The notes under the pieces are model-generated. The model saw only the letters and a list, made by a program, of their open reading frames with translations. It had not been told where the DNA came from and did no database searches. This document shows, piece by piece, positions 18,406 to 27,700 of a stretch of 50,853 nt of DNA. The stretch comes from Escherichia phage BEBK14, in sequence record MN158214.1. One strand, written 5' to 3'. Both the position numbers and the translations under genes were made by a program. Positions within the stretch are counted from its first letter, which is position 1. Each line of letters opens with the position of its first letter.

Positions 18406-19117
18406 ATTTTAGATCCTTATGCCTACATACCATTACCGCATGTTCCTGATACCAGCCTGAATACAGATCAATTTTTGATAGCTTACCAAAAGCGTGATGC
18501 AATAGCTGGTTGTTGCCTAAGTATATTCCGGCGTGATTCCAGACTGGCGATGATAGCTGAAAAATCACCATGTCGCCTGCCTTCGGATCCTGATTGGTTG
18601 GTATGAACCCCTCTTTCAGATAGTTTTCCTCATAGAGATTCTCGCCGTATTCAGGCTTCCACCATTCGTAAGGTTTTCGGAAGTCGTTCAGTTCTACGCC
18701 ATTCTCTTTGTGCCAGGCCATAACAAGCCCCCAGCAATCATAAGAACCAAGCGACCAGGGGCGACCAGTCAGTGGGCGTGTTTCCGGCTCTATTATTCGC
18801 ATATCGCCTTCCGGCCAGGAAACGATAACCCATGATACGCCTGTTTCGTCACACATACATGTGTCGTGCGCGCTGGGTATTGTACTTGCCCCATCGCCAG
18901 TGTGTGAATGCACAATAGCAATAAGCTCGCCACTGTCGCACGCTTCGACGTATTCCATCGTATCCATTTCAAAGTGATTTTCTGGATCATCATGAACATT
19001 TGTTATGTGGTGATATTTCTGTACCCGCGATTTTTGAGTGATAACCCCGCACGCCTCGCGCGGGTATTCGTCTTTAACGTGCTGCATTATTTCAAGTTTA
19101 ATCTTTGCACTAATCAT
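18386..19117 (-). CDS. tail assembly protein K-like (MPN/JAMM + NlpC/P60)
   Basis: HSHTGDG JAMM-like motif and Cys/His NlpC/P60-like region; position between L and I. Confidence 0.7.
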   Translation of the reverse strand: MISAKIKLEIMQHVKDEYPREACGVITQKSRVQKYHHITNVHDDPENHFEMDTMEYVEACDSGELIAIVHSHTGDGASTIPSAHDTCMCDETGVSWVIVSWPEGDMRIIEPETRPLTGRPWSLGSYDCWGLVMAWHKENGVELNDFRKPYEWWKPEYGENLYEENYLKEGFIPTNQDPKAGDMVIFQLSSPVWNHAGIYLGNNQLLHHAFGKLSKIDLYSGWYQEHAVMVCRHKDLKYDIENN

Positions 19118-19875
19118 TATTGATTTCTCCTTAACAGGCTTGCCACTGGTGCGCCGCCAAAATCAAGCTCGTTTTCCGCGCCAAATCGAAGTTTGCACGC
19201 GTTCACCGTTCCGGCGCAAAAGTCTTGCGATGGATCAGTTACCGGATTGTTGTCTTTGTCGAACATTCGCGATCCGTTATAGCTGCAACCTTTACCGCTG
19301 CGATACCAGTTACGCTGCGCCCAATAGCAGACGCTTTGTGTCACTCGCGGCGGGATCATGATTCCGTCCATATCGTATGGAGATGTAAGGTCAAACTTTG
19401 CCAGAGTTCGGTTAAACTGACTCGGACGCTCAATGTAATAAACCATTCGCCGGAAAGCACCATCTTTGATGTTCCCATCCTCGCCCAGCAATTCAGCCGG
19501 AATAACGTATATGGTAACTTTCGCCTGCATCATGCCGTTGTAATTTCGGATCATTGCGCTAACCTGGCTATCAAGGTTGGACAAGATTAATTGCGGCTTG
19601 TCTGCCTTTCCGTTACTGGTAAAGTTAATTCCGGTGATTCCAAACGGTCGCGCCCCGTATTGCTCACCACGAAAAGTAATTTCTTTCGGTGGCAATATTC
19701 CTGTTTGCTGCGCCTGTAATAATTCTTCCGGCGTGTAGCGTATATTCTCGCCGTGTAAGCGGTAAACGCGAGCGCCAAACTTCGTTCCGTCAATCTCAAT
19801 AAGCGTGATGATTTCTCCTGGATACAGGCTTTGTAAGCAGTTATGTAGATCTTGTCTTCCGGTTGTTTCAGCCAT
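19117..19875 (-). CDS. minor tail protein (lambda L-like)
   Basis: start MAETTG... with GGAGGA RBS; track ORF extension upstream crosses a hairpin and is rejected. Confidence 0.65.
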   Translation of the reverse strand: MAETTGRQDLHNCLQSLYPGEIITLIEIDGTKFGARVYRLHGENIRYTPEELLQAQQTGILPPKEITFRGEQYGARPFGITGINFTSNGKADKPQLILSNLDSQVSAMIRNYNGMMQAKVTIYVIPAELLGEDGNIKDGAFRRMVYYIERPSQFNRTLAKFDLTSPYDMDGIMIPPRVTQSVCYWAQRNWYRSGKGCSYNGSRMFDKDNNPVTDPSQDFCAGTVNACKLRFGAENELDFGGAPVASLLRRNQ

Positions 19876-19916
19876 AATAAGTCCTCCTGTTTGCTGCATT
19901 GTAACACCAATAAAAA

Positions 19917-19936
19917 GGCCGCACAAAAGCGGCCTG
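19917..19936 (-). terminator. hairpin, attenuator candidate between M-like and L-like genes
   Basis: AGGCCGC...GCGGCCT with flanking A/T runs. Confidence 0.4.
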
Positions 19937-19940
19937 TGTT

Positions 19941-20291
19941 TTATCCCATTGATGTAAATTGCTCCGTGAAAGTAGCTTTGACTTCCTGAACGGTTGCAGA
20001 AATCGGAGTTGCGCCAACGCTGCCTCCCTGCACCCTGAATAACCCCAATTGACCGTCCGGCATTTCCCAAACAAACGGTTTTAATCTGTGATTATGCAGA
20101 AAGTTCAGCACCTCCCTGTAATCACGTCCGGCGTACACGATGGTAAACTCTCGCCGCACCGTGTTAAATCCGCCGGATGCTACTTGCGTGTATCCGTTAC
20201 CAAAAACGACCTCCCTGTCGTTGTTGGATGTGGTCATTGCTCCGCCGCCTCCTTGCGTTTGCGTGCACCATTTGAATCTTTCCAGCTTCAT
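19941..20291 (-). CDS. minor tail protein (lambda M-like)
   Basis: 116 aa, immediately downstream of tape measure. Confidence 0.6.
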   Translation of the reverse strand: MKLERFKWCTQTQGGGGAMTTSNNDREVVFGNGYTQVASGGFNTVRREFTIVYAGRDYREVLNFLHNHRLKPFVWEMPDGQLGLFRVQGGSVGATPISATVQEVKATFTEQFTSMG

Positions 20292-20293
20292 GA

Positions 20294-23218
20294 TTAGCCT
20301 CGCTTGCTCATAACAAATTCGTAAACTTCGCCGCCCTGCGTACAGGAACGTTTAATCATATCGGTGAAAATCATCTTAACGCCAGTTTCTATACCTTTCG
20401 GATCGCTACCGTTGTTAATATCAACGCTAATACCGCCGATATTGAATTGCGCCGCGCCAGCATTGATGCCACCGCCGCTATAGCTGGAACCACCAACCAC
20501 GCCGCCGTTAGCATAACCGCGCATCAACTTGTAAAGGTTGCCGACTCCGATCCGCTTCGTTGCCTCCTTCGTCATGACAAATTCACCCTTGTGAACCACT
20601 CCAGCCGCTTCATATTTCCCGCCGTCGCCAGTGTAACCGCCATCAGAGAAGCCGCGAGGACGGAATGACGGAACGGGGAATGACTGACCAGATCCGCCGC
20701 CAGTTTTAGGACTTCCGCTAACCCATCCCATCGCTGCCTGAATTGCGTAGGCAATACTCAACTGCGTAATGATGTTCATAATCATTTTGATGATTGAAGA
20801 TGCGAAGTCTTTAAAACTGCTTTTTCCTGTGCTCAATAGCTCCACAAACTGATCGCTGATTCCGTTTAATGCGTTGGTCATTACGTTACCAAATTGACCG
20901 CCCAAATCCATAGCCGAATCAATCCAGTTTTTCGTAGAGCGTTCAATCCCTGCGATTGAGTTCATGCTCAACTCATCTTGCATTGCGTAGACTTCGTTGA
21001 TCTTATCAATCATCTCGGCGAGTCTTGCATCAGTAAGCTGACCGCCTTTTGCCAGCCAGTCAGTGACGATGCGTTGCCGTTCAAGCTCCCTTTGCGTCTC
21101 TCGGTCGCTCATGCCTTTTTGCTGTAGCTCAAGCGATTGAAGCGTTTCCTTTTGACGATGCAAGAATTTAATTGATGTATCCTGCAACTGGATCTGGTCG
21201 CCAAGTATAGCCCGCTGCTCTGCCAGCGAAAGGATCTTATCCTTGTTGGCAATAATGCTTTTTTCTTCGTCAGTAAGCTGGCGTTTCTGTGATGCTTCCT
21301 GCAAGACCTGGATTTTTGCTTGCTCAGTCCATAACGCCCGGCGCTGCTGGCTGATTGATGCAATGACAGTTTCGTGCTCCTTCAATACTCGCAATTGAGT
21401 CTCCAGTGCAACAATGTCTCGCTGATACTGATCCTCAATCCTGTCTCCAGCCGACACTTTGACCTTTTGAGAACGTGCTTTGTCACGCTTCGCCAGTTCT
21501 TCGGCCTCTTTCCTGATTGCTTCGCGCGTCTTCTCTGAATACTGCTGCTCTGTCGCCGCGCGTTCACGCATCATTTCAATGTAACCCATCTCGCCCTTTC
21601 TGACTCGCGCGTCGCGTTCTTCGATGGACTTCGCCAGTTCTTCGTTTTCCTTCTTGCTCTTGTCGATGATTTCCTGCTGCTGCTTGATAAATTCATCGCC
21701 AACACCGCTAAGTCCTGGGATGTTCTGCATCGCTTTAGTGGCAGAAATAACAAACTCACCGATCAGAATATCACCCTGATTAAGCAAGTAGCGAACCTGC
21801 TCAACCGTTGCCGCCACAACGTCAGTGATCAGGTTAAGCGCACCAATTGTGTGATCGCCTACCCATCCCCAGGCGTCAGAAGCCCACTTGCGCACGTCGT
21901 CCCACATCTTTTCTAACGGCGTTGCCGAATCGGCAAGGTTGGCAAGGCGTTGCTCCATTACATCGGCGAATAGCTCGGTCGCCCGTGTTACTGCCGCAGT
22001 TTTGCCGCTGGTTTTTTCAAGGTCGGCGATATAGGTTAGCTGTCCTTGTTTCAGGAAGTTAAATTCTTCGTTTAGCTTAGCCAGACCTTTGACCGGATCA
22101 TCAGCAATCTTGTTAAAGTATTCCGTAATCTTTCCGCTTGATTCGCCCGTTACCGCTGACCATTGCGCAGTCGTTTTGGTGATTGCCCTGATTTGGGTAA
22201 TCGTAAACTTACCGGATCTTGCAAGCTCGGTTGCAATGTTGCGGATACTTCCAATCGTTGCATTCGTGCTACTGTTGATGTCCTGCGCCATCTTTTCGAA
22301 TTGCGCCGCGTTAGTTCCGGCATAACCTCCAGTCAGGACTAACGCCTCATGCAAGTTTCGTTGCGAAGAGTAGGAATCATAACCCGCTTTCACCAAAGCA
22401 CCCAGGGAAACAACAAGCGCACCAACGCCAACATTTACCGGATTAAGGTACGACAACAACGCTTTGAACGTGTTAGAGATTCCACCGAATGAATCCTTAA
22501 TCTGCCCGCCCTGCTGGATTGCAACCAACCATACAGGCATACCAGAAGCAAGCGAAGTGACAACATCAGTGATCTGCGCCGGAAGCATTCTCATAGCCTG
22601 CCGATATTGTCCCATTGAGATGCCTAATTTTTGGGCTTGCTTATCCTGCGCTTTCATCTGCGAGATAAATGGCGCTGCCTCAGCACTTACCCCTAGTTGT
22701 GCGGCGCGAATCTCCAGCAATTCCTCTCTGGTTTTCCCTGCTGCCTCAGCTTGCTGTTGCAATGCAGAGATGAATTTACGCGCCTCAGCCTCTGCACGGG
22801 CTTTCTGTTTCGCTTCCTCTGCCGCTGCTCGGCCTTCTTCGGTTAATGCTTTCTTTGTGGCGATCAGCTTATTCTGCTGCGTTTCCAAGATAGCGCCAAG
22901 CTCAAAGAAAGTATCATCAGGCACTACGCCTTTTTTCCAAAGGGAATCAAGCTGTGATGCCGCTTGTCGCAACTTATCCATTTTTGCCGATGTCGGATCA
23001 ATGGAGTCCTGAATTTTTCTAAACTCCGCTCTCTGCCTGCGCAATTCCTCGGCAAGCTGTTTAGCCTGCTGTCGTGCTATTGCCTCAGTATCAACGAATC
23101 CCTCGACGCTGCTCTTTGCGTCGTCGTTGGCCTTCTTGAACTGCTGCAATGATTTAACAGCATTCGTGACCTGCGACACGTCAACGCCAAGTGTTAAGCC
23201 TGCGTATTTATCAGCCAT
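20294..23218 (-). CDS. tail tape measure protein
   Basis: 974 aa, long coiled-coil, Gly-rich C-terminal region. Confidence 0.8.
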   Translation of the reverse strand: MADKYAGLTLGVDVSQVTNAVKSLQQFKKANDDAKSSVEGFVDTEAIARQQAKQLAEELRRQRAEFRKIQDSIDPTSAKMDKLRQAASQLDSLWKKGVVPDDTFFELGAILETQQNKLIATKKALTEEGRAAAEEAKQKARAEAEARKFISALQQQAEAAGKTREELLEIRAAQLGVSAEAAPFISQMKAQDKQAQKLGISMGQYRQAMRMLPAQITDVVTSLASGMPVWLVAIQQGGQIKDSFGGISNTFKALLSYLNPVNVGVGALVVSLGALVKAGYDSYSSQRNLHEALVLTGGYAGTNAAQFEKMAQDINSSTNATIGSIRNIATELARSGKFTITQIRAITKTTAQWSAVTGESSGKITEYFNKIADDPVKGLAKLNEEFNFLKQGQLTYIADLEKTSGKTAAVTRATELFADVMEQRLANLADSATPLEKMWDDVRKWASDAWGWVGDHTIGALNLITDVVAATVEQVRYLLNQGDILIGEFVISATKAMQNIPGLSGVGDEFIKQQQEIIDKSKKENEELAKSIEERDARVRKGEMGYIEMMRERAATEQQYSEKTREAIRKEAEELAKRDKARSQKVKVSAGDRIEDQYQRDIVALETQLRVLKEHETVIASISQQRRALWTEQAKIQVLQEASQKRQLTDEEKSIIANKDKILSLAEQRAILGDQIQLQDTSIKFLHRQKETLQSLELQQKGMSDRETQRELERQRIVTDWLAKGGQLTDARLAEMIDKINEVYAMQDELSMNSIAGIERSTKNWIDSAMDLGGQFGNVMTNALNGISDQFVELLSTGKSSFKDFASSIIKMIMNIITQLSIAYAIQAAMGWVSGSPKTGGGSGQSFPVPSFRPRGFSDGGYTGDGGKYEAAGVVHKGEFVMTKEATKRIGVGNLYKLMRGYANGGVVGGSSYSGGGINAGAAQFNIGGISVDINNGSDPKGIETGVKMIFTDMIKRSCTQGGEVYEFVMSKRG

Positions 23219-23240
23219 TTCATTTACTCCAGGTATTAAA

Positions 23241-23258
23241 AAAGCGCCCGTAGGCGCT
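23241..23258 (-). terminator. hairpin terminator candidate
   Basis: AAGCGCCCGTAGGCGCTT with A-run on plus (T-run on minus). Confidence 0.45.
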
Positions 23259-23265
23259 TTGATTG

Positions 23266-23457
23266 CTATTTTTGGTGCATCATTTCTAATGCTTTTTGTT
23301 CCATGATTCGCAAATCGTTTAAGGCCATTTCTTCATCTTCTATTTTATAGATTCTGAACAACATCGGCAAAACATTATAGTCAAATCCGTAAGCACCAGA
23401 TCCGGCGCTTCTCCACTGCGTTTGCATTGCACAAAAAACATCCCATGACTGCATCAT
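23266..23457 (-). CDS. tail assembly chaperone T-segment (likely expressed by -1 frameshift from G)
   Basis: frame is open upstream into the end of 23577..23891 in the -1 frame. Confidence 0.4.
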   Translation of the reverse strand: MMQSWDVFCAMQTQWRSAGSGAYGFDYNVLPMLFRIYKIEDEEMALNDLRIMEQKALEMMHQK

Positions 23458-23576
23458 GCTTTCATCGAAAATAACCTCCGGCGGCTCCTCGCCTTCGTAG
23501 TCGGCGCGTGTTAATCCGACCGCTTCAAGCTCTGCGTCTGTCGGTGGCTTCTGGTAAAACAGGTAAACCGCGCGCC

Positions 23577-23891
23577 TTAACCCTTTACGCGCTGACCAGC
23601 CAGAGCGCCTAAGTAGGATTGAACGAGCGCCAACGCTGACCCAGGGTAATAATCGACTAACAGTTTTGCGTTTTCGTGGTTAAATTCTTCTTCAAGATCC
23701 CAACCCGTCGCAATGTTCATGATAAAGTCGGAATCTTTGATCCCCTCTTTCCGGTAAAGCTCCTGGACTTCCGTCGCTTTCTTGTGCTTCACGGTGAAAA
23801 TGATTTTCTGTTCGCTCCCGTCAGGCATAACGAAGTTTACTGGTAGCTTGAAGTCCGGCAGTGGGCCAAGTGTTAATTTCATCTTTGCCAT
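23577..23891 (-). CDS. tail assembly chaperone (lambda G-like)
   Basis: 104 aa between major tail and tape measure genes; AAGGAG RBS. Confidence 0.5.
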   Translation of the reverse strand: MAKMKLTLGPLPDFKLPVNFVMPDGSEQKIIFTVKHKKATEVQELYRKEGIKDSDFIMNIATGWDLEEEFNHENAKLLVDYYPGSALALVQSYLGALAGQRVKG

Positions 23892-23907
23892 TTTAATTTC
23901 TCCTTAA

Positions 23908-23924
23908 ATAGCATTTTTTGTTAA
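23908..23924 (+). promoter_or_regulatory. 17-bp box copy
   Basis: between major-tail terminator and G-like gene RBS; TAGATT 22 bp away on plus strand (antisense to late genes). Confidence 0.35.
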
Positions 23925-23967
23925 AAGTCTGAATGACTTGTTTGATAGATTCTACAGGAACGAAAAA

Positions 23968-23984
23968 AGGGGCGCAATGCCCCT
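23968..23984 (-). terminator. rho-independent terminator candidate after major tail gene
   Basis: AGGGGCGCAATGCCCCT preceded by A6 on plus. Confidence 0.55.
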
Positions 23985-23989
23985 TGTAA

Positions 23990-24652
23990 TTACTGAACAT
24001 CGGAAGGAAGGAAGGTGAATCGACCTTTCAGAGAAACGGAAAGGGAAACTGTTTCCATTTCGTTGACGGTCGTCTGCGGGATCTCGTTAAACGAAAGAAC
24101 ACCAGCCCAGCAACGCATTTCTTTCGCCTTTGGAACGAACATTCGCAACGCCGTAACCTCACCTCCTTCATCAGCTTTTCGAAGCAATGGATAAATTGGA
24201 TTATCGAACTCATGCGCGAAAGTGTAGGTAAGAGATACCGCGCTTTTATATGTTGGTAGCTGCTGCTCCTGGTCGTCAGATAAACACTGATAAGTGTAAT
24301 ATTGCTGTTCGCCGCCGTCCTGTGACAGATCCTGAACGCATGGAATTTCAACCCATGAATTGATTTTCGCAAACGATGCAGTACCACCGGAAGGGAAGAT
24401 ATTCTGATCTGTAGTATCAATACCCTCAAGCGTTACGCTAGTTTCTTCGCCATTCTGCTTGACGCGAAGAACGCGATCAACCATCTTACCCCATGAGGAA
24501 GTAGTGATAATTACATAATCACCTTTCTTAAACTCAGTGCCGCCTGATGCAACTGTAAATACAGGATCTGCTGCGTTAGAAATAGCCGTTGCTTGCACAT
24601 CAGTAGCTCGATTGCTTTCAATAAAAATTTGAGAACCGTTAGGAAGGTGCAT
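23990..24652 (-). CDS. major tail protein
   Basis: 220 aa, position upstream of G/T chaperones; terminator hairpin follows. Confidence 0.65.
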   Translation of the reverse strand: MHLPNGSQIFIESNRATDVQATAISNAADPVFTVASGGTEFKKGDYVIITTSSWGKMVDRVLRVKQNGEETSVTLEGIDTTDQNIFPSGGTASFAKINSWVEIPCVQDLSQDGGEQQYYTYQCLSDDQEQQLPTYKSAVSLTYTFAHEFDNPIYPLLRKADEGGEVTALRMFVPKAKEMRCWAGVLSFNEIPQTTVNEMETVSLSVSLKGRFTFLPSDVQ

Positions 24653-24658
24653 AGTAAA

Positions 24659-25057
24659 TTACTCCTTTGTTTCAATTCGAACATAGAACCTGATCGGAAT
24701 CAACCAACCAGTTTCACTTTTTTGTAGCTTATGGACTTTCGCCCCTTCGCTAATATAGCCAGTTTCTAAGATTTTACCATCATAGAAAAAACTGGCAATC
24801 TCTTTAGCAAGTTTTCTACCTTTGTCAGATCCAGCACCTGGAGGAATAATAACGCCAATCTGAACCATCCCAATATAAGAAACACATCTACGGTCAATTG
24901 AGAAAAACTCCTTGTCAACTTCTGTATAATCGAACCGCAACCACATAGAACCATCGGCAGGCGGTACAAACTCGACGTTTTCATAAGCGATTTTAAATCT
25001 GCTTTCAAATTCACCAGTAAGCGCCTTGCGCGCTGCCAACATCAATTCATAGTCCAT
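24659..25057 (-). CDS. tail terminator / tail completion protein
   Basis: position between neck genes and major tail gene. Confidence 0.45.
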   Translation of the reverse strand: MDYELMLAARKALTGEFESRFKIAYENVEFVPPADGSMWLRFDYTEVDKEFFSIDRRCVSYIGMVQIGVIIPPGAGSDKGRKLAKEIASFFYDGKILETGYISEGAKVHKLQKSETGWLIPIRFYVRIETKE

Positions 25058-25487
25058 TTTTTTTCCTCGACTCTTTGATTGCTTCTGCTATATACGTTCT
25101 TAACTTCGCTGCAACAATTCCCAGCACACCCGCTGGCGCTTGCTTTGAATGCCCGTACTCTAGGGCGTTAGCATAAATCAACATATTGGAAAAATAAATC
25201 GACCTTACCGCGCCGCCGCCACGCATGATGGCAAAGATTGCCCGCTTGCCTTCCGCAATAGTCTTATCTCCGTGCTTATCATATTGATTCAGTGCGTACA
25301 GTGGCGGGGAATTTGCTGTCACCTGCCAGTTTCCCCGATAGCGCCCCGTATCAACTGGCGAGCGTCTTACCAGATCTGTGTGTACCTTAACGGCGAACAA
25401 TTCTATGCAATCCTCAAGACCATCATTTACGGCGTTAATCCAGCGGTCAATGTCGCCGTGAAATTCCTTGATCTTGTAGTTAGCCAT
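25047..25487 (-). CDS. neck protein, HK97 gp10-like
   Basis: YANALEYG-type motif; start set at MANYKIKEF after AGGAGGG RBS. Confidence 0.5.
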   Translation of the reverse strand: MANYKIKEFHGDIDRWINAVNDGLEDCIELFAVKVHTDLVRRSPVDTGRYRGNWQVTANSPPLYALNQYDKHGDKTIAEGKRAIFAIMRGGGAVRSIYFSNMLIYANALEYGHSKQAPAGVLGIVAAKLRTYIAEAIKESRKKNGL

Positions 25488-25860
25488 GTACCGCAACCCT
25501 CCTAAGTATTGGCCTGTAGGCGACCGTGATGTTTGTCTGTCTGACTGGTCGCGCTTCAACTACTATATAACGCTCACCATCAACATCAATGTGATACCCG
25601 TTCTTAATTTCTACGGAATTAGTGAAAACTCCCAGCTTGTCGGTTACGCGGATTGTTTCGCCGTCCACCTCACGCGTTCGAGGCGACCGGATCAGACCTT
25701 TAATCATTACGCTTACTTCCGGCTTCTCTACCTCCTCGCCTCCCACAATATCTACGCTACCCTGTTGCGTGATACACTTAAACTCACCAGCGCCATCGCT
25801 GAAAAAGTTAATTCCAGCCGTAGCCAATCGTGCGATCTCATTGTAGTTCATCGGCAACAC
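25480..25860 (-). CDS. head-tail joining protein
   Basis: position and size in neck module. Confidence 0.45.
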   Translation of the reverse strand: MLPMNYNEIARLATAGINFFSDGAGEFKCITQQGSVDIVGGEEVEKPEVSVMIKGLIRSPRTREVDGETIRVTDKLGVFTNSVEIKNGYHIDVDGERYIVVEARPVRQTNITVAYRPILRRVAVHG

Positions 25861-26330
25861 CTCCGGCGCAATCCAGTTACCAGGCCAAATCCGCCACCAT
25901 GCTTACGGTTTAGCGCCTCGTACATTTTTCCCCACGGTGTCTGGCGGATCATCTTTCCGCTTGCGTCATTGGTCACGCGGTCAAACGTCTGACTAAATTC
26001 TCCAGTCAGGGAAAACGACGCAATACGGCGTGAGTAACTCTCCACGCTCTCACCTTCCTGTTTCATAGCTCCGTCCAACGTCATAAGGTGCAAGGTGTAA
26101 AGAGCAACCGCTTTAGGGTATGAGTTTTTAAACCGCTTTTTGCAAACAAACTCTTTAGCAAGCTCAATCCATGCCACAATTAAATCGGGATCAACTTGTT
26201 GCATTGGCGGCGCTAACTTCACGATTTGCTGCATGATTTCAGCGTCTGTGTAAAATTCATCTACCATTTTGTTTTCTCCAGATGTGACAAGGGGCGCATA
26301 AGCGCCCCAATTATTAATATTCGCCGCCAT
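25848..26330 (-). CDS. head-tail connector / head completion protein
   Basis: position after capsid module. Confidence 0.45.
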   Translation of the reverse strand: MAANINNWGAYAPLVTSGENKMVDEFYTDAEIMQQIVKLAPPMQQVDPDLIVAWIELAKEFVCKKRFKNSYPKAVALYTLHLMTLDGAMKQEGESVESYSRRIASFSLTGEFSQTFDRVTNDASGKMIRQTPWGKMYEALNRKHGGGFGLVTGLRRRCCR

Positions 26331-26589
26331 CCTCTAGCTCTTTGCGGCTCTTACCCTCGGTAGGATCTTTTTTGCGCTTCTTCTCCGCTTTCTCCTTGAT
26401 TTGCTCGTTAATTTCTGAATTGTCTTTAACTTCCACATCTCCGCGAGCGATCAGGTATTCAATTGCGGAATCATTAATGCGATCAGATTCAATTTCAATT
26501 TCATCACCAGGATGATAACGCTTACCATCCATAATAATCATGCAAACGCCAGTTACTTTAAGTTTTAAATTTTTGCTCATTTTGCGCAC
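26314..26589 (-). CDS. hypothetical protein
   Basis: 91-aa ORF between capsid and connector genes. Confidence 0.4.
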   Translation of the reverse strand: MRKMSKNLKLKVTGVCMIIMDGKRYHPGDEIEIESDRINDSAIEYLIARGDVEVKDNSEINEQIKEKAEKKRKKDPTEGKSRKELEDGGEY

Positions 26590-26635
26590 TCCATAAATAA
26601 AAAGGGGAACCCTTAAGGCTCCCCATGTTATCTAA

Positions 26636-27610
26636 TTACACAGCCTTTTTCAAGCCAGTAATTAGAACCATCGTAAACGGACGGTAAATTGTAAGGCCAG
26701 TGCACTTTGAAGTACAAGGAACTTTAAAATGCAGATCTTTCGGCTGTGCAGGCAGCATATTGAATGCCTCCGGGATCTCAATACTCATGTTCATTGGATC
26801 TTTTTCGTAAACCAGGCAGCCTTTAGTGCCTTTGCCGTCAATATCCTCAAGCTCTGCAATGGAGTCGATGGTGATACCGTCGTTTTGCTTCTGGAAGTAT
26901 TCCAAATAGCTTTCAGTGGTATTTTCCATTCGAACCGTAAGGACTTTACGCATAGACGGCGGAATCAGGATGTTGGTCGCGCGATGCTGACCTTTGGTTA
27001 CTTCCTCGATCGTTTCGATTGCAGTCTCCAGTTCATCGCTTGCAACTTTTGGAAACTTGGTGTTTCCGTCGTTACTCAGCCATCCTTTTGACGTGATTTT
27101 AGTCAGGTTTGGATGATCGAAAACGGAAACGATCTTATGAGGCTTGGAACCTTTGAAAACCAGGAAGTTAATAAGCTGATCATGTGCATTCTGCGCTGCG
27201 TTAGCCTTGCGAGTAGAAAGGCTTTTGCCAGTTCGCTGACCTGCTTTGATTTCGTCAATTGAGATCAGGAAAGCGTTACCCATGCGGAACACTTTGCCAA
27301 ACTCAGAAGTCATAAGAGCGTCAACGGTCGGCAGGTCGTCGGTGTAGTCTGCAATAATTTTCGCGTAACCAACTTTATCAAAAGTCTGATACTCGAAAGT
27401 TTTGTCGGTGTCGCTCAGTTCATTGGTGACAGGGAAGACGCGAAGCGCAGAACCCGCTGGGTACTCTTTTTCGTAAGCAGTGGATCGGATTTTGTGTAAC
27501 TCCTGCGCAGTCCAAATACCCATGTCGGAAGCGTCACCCTTGATACCTTGCAATTGCAGGTGATTAGACACAATGGAAGCGTCTAGCTCATCATATTTTT
27601 TCTTTGTCAT
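26636..27610 (-). CDS. major capsid protein
   Basis: 324 aa; start MTKKKYDELD after AGGAG RBS; preceded by hairpin and box copy. Confidence 0.7.
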   Translation of the reverse strand: MTKKKYDELDASIVSNHLQLQGIKGDASDMGIWTAQELHKIRSTAYEKEYPAGSALRVFPVTNELSDTDKTFEYQTFDKVGYAKIIADYTDDLPTVDALMTSEFGKVFRMGNAFLISIDEIKAGQRTGKSLSTRKANAAQNAHDQLINFLVFKGSKPHKIVSVFDHPNLTKITSKGWLSNDGNTKFPKVASDELETAIETIEEVTKGQHRATNILIPPSMRKVLTVRMENTTESYLEYFQKQNDGITIDSIAELEDIDGKGTKGCLVYEKDPMNMSIEIPEAFNMLPAQPKDLHFKVPCTSKCTGLTIYRPFTMVLITGLKKAV

Positions 27611-27629
27611 GATTTTTCTCCTATAAAAA

Positions 27630-27652
27630 AGGCTGTTAACAAGTAACAGCCT
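27630..27652 (-). terminator. hairpin + T-run between box copy and capsid RBS
   Basis: AGGCTGTTAAC...GTTAACAGCCT with A-run on plus. Confidence 0.45.
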
Positions 27653-27656
27653 CATG

Positions 27657-27673
27657 ATAGCACTTTTTGTTAA
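27657..27673 (+). promoter_or_regulatory. 17-bp box copy
   Basis: upstream of capsid-gene hairpin/RBS; TATTCA 22 bp away on plus strand. Confidence 0.35.
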
Positions 27674-27700
27674 AGGTGCAAATCTATTTTGTGGTATTCA

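Noticed and set aside
19117-20070. Single 317-aa ORF spanning the L-like and M-like region
   Set aside because: The upstream extension crosses a hairpin (19917..19936) and overlaps the M-like gene; the L-like start at 19875 has a GGAGGA RBS.
22464-23012. Plus-strand 182-aa ORF (and others) inside the tape measure gene
   Set aside because: Antisense to a long, well-supported structural gene; Cys/Ala-rich low-complexity translation typical of shadow frames.
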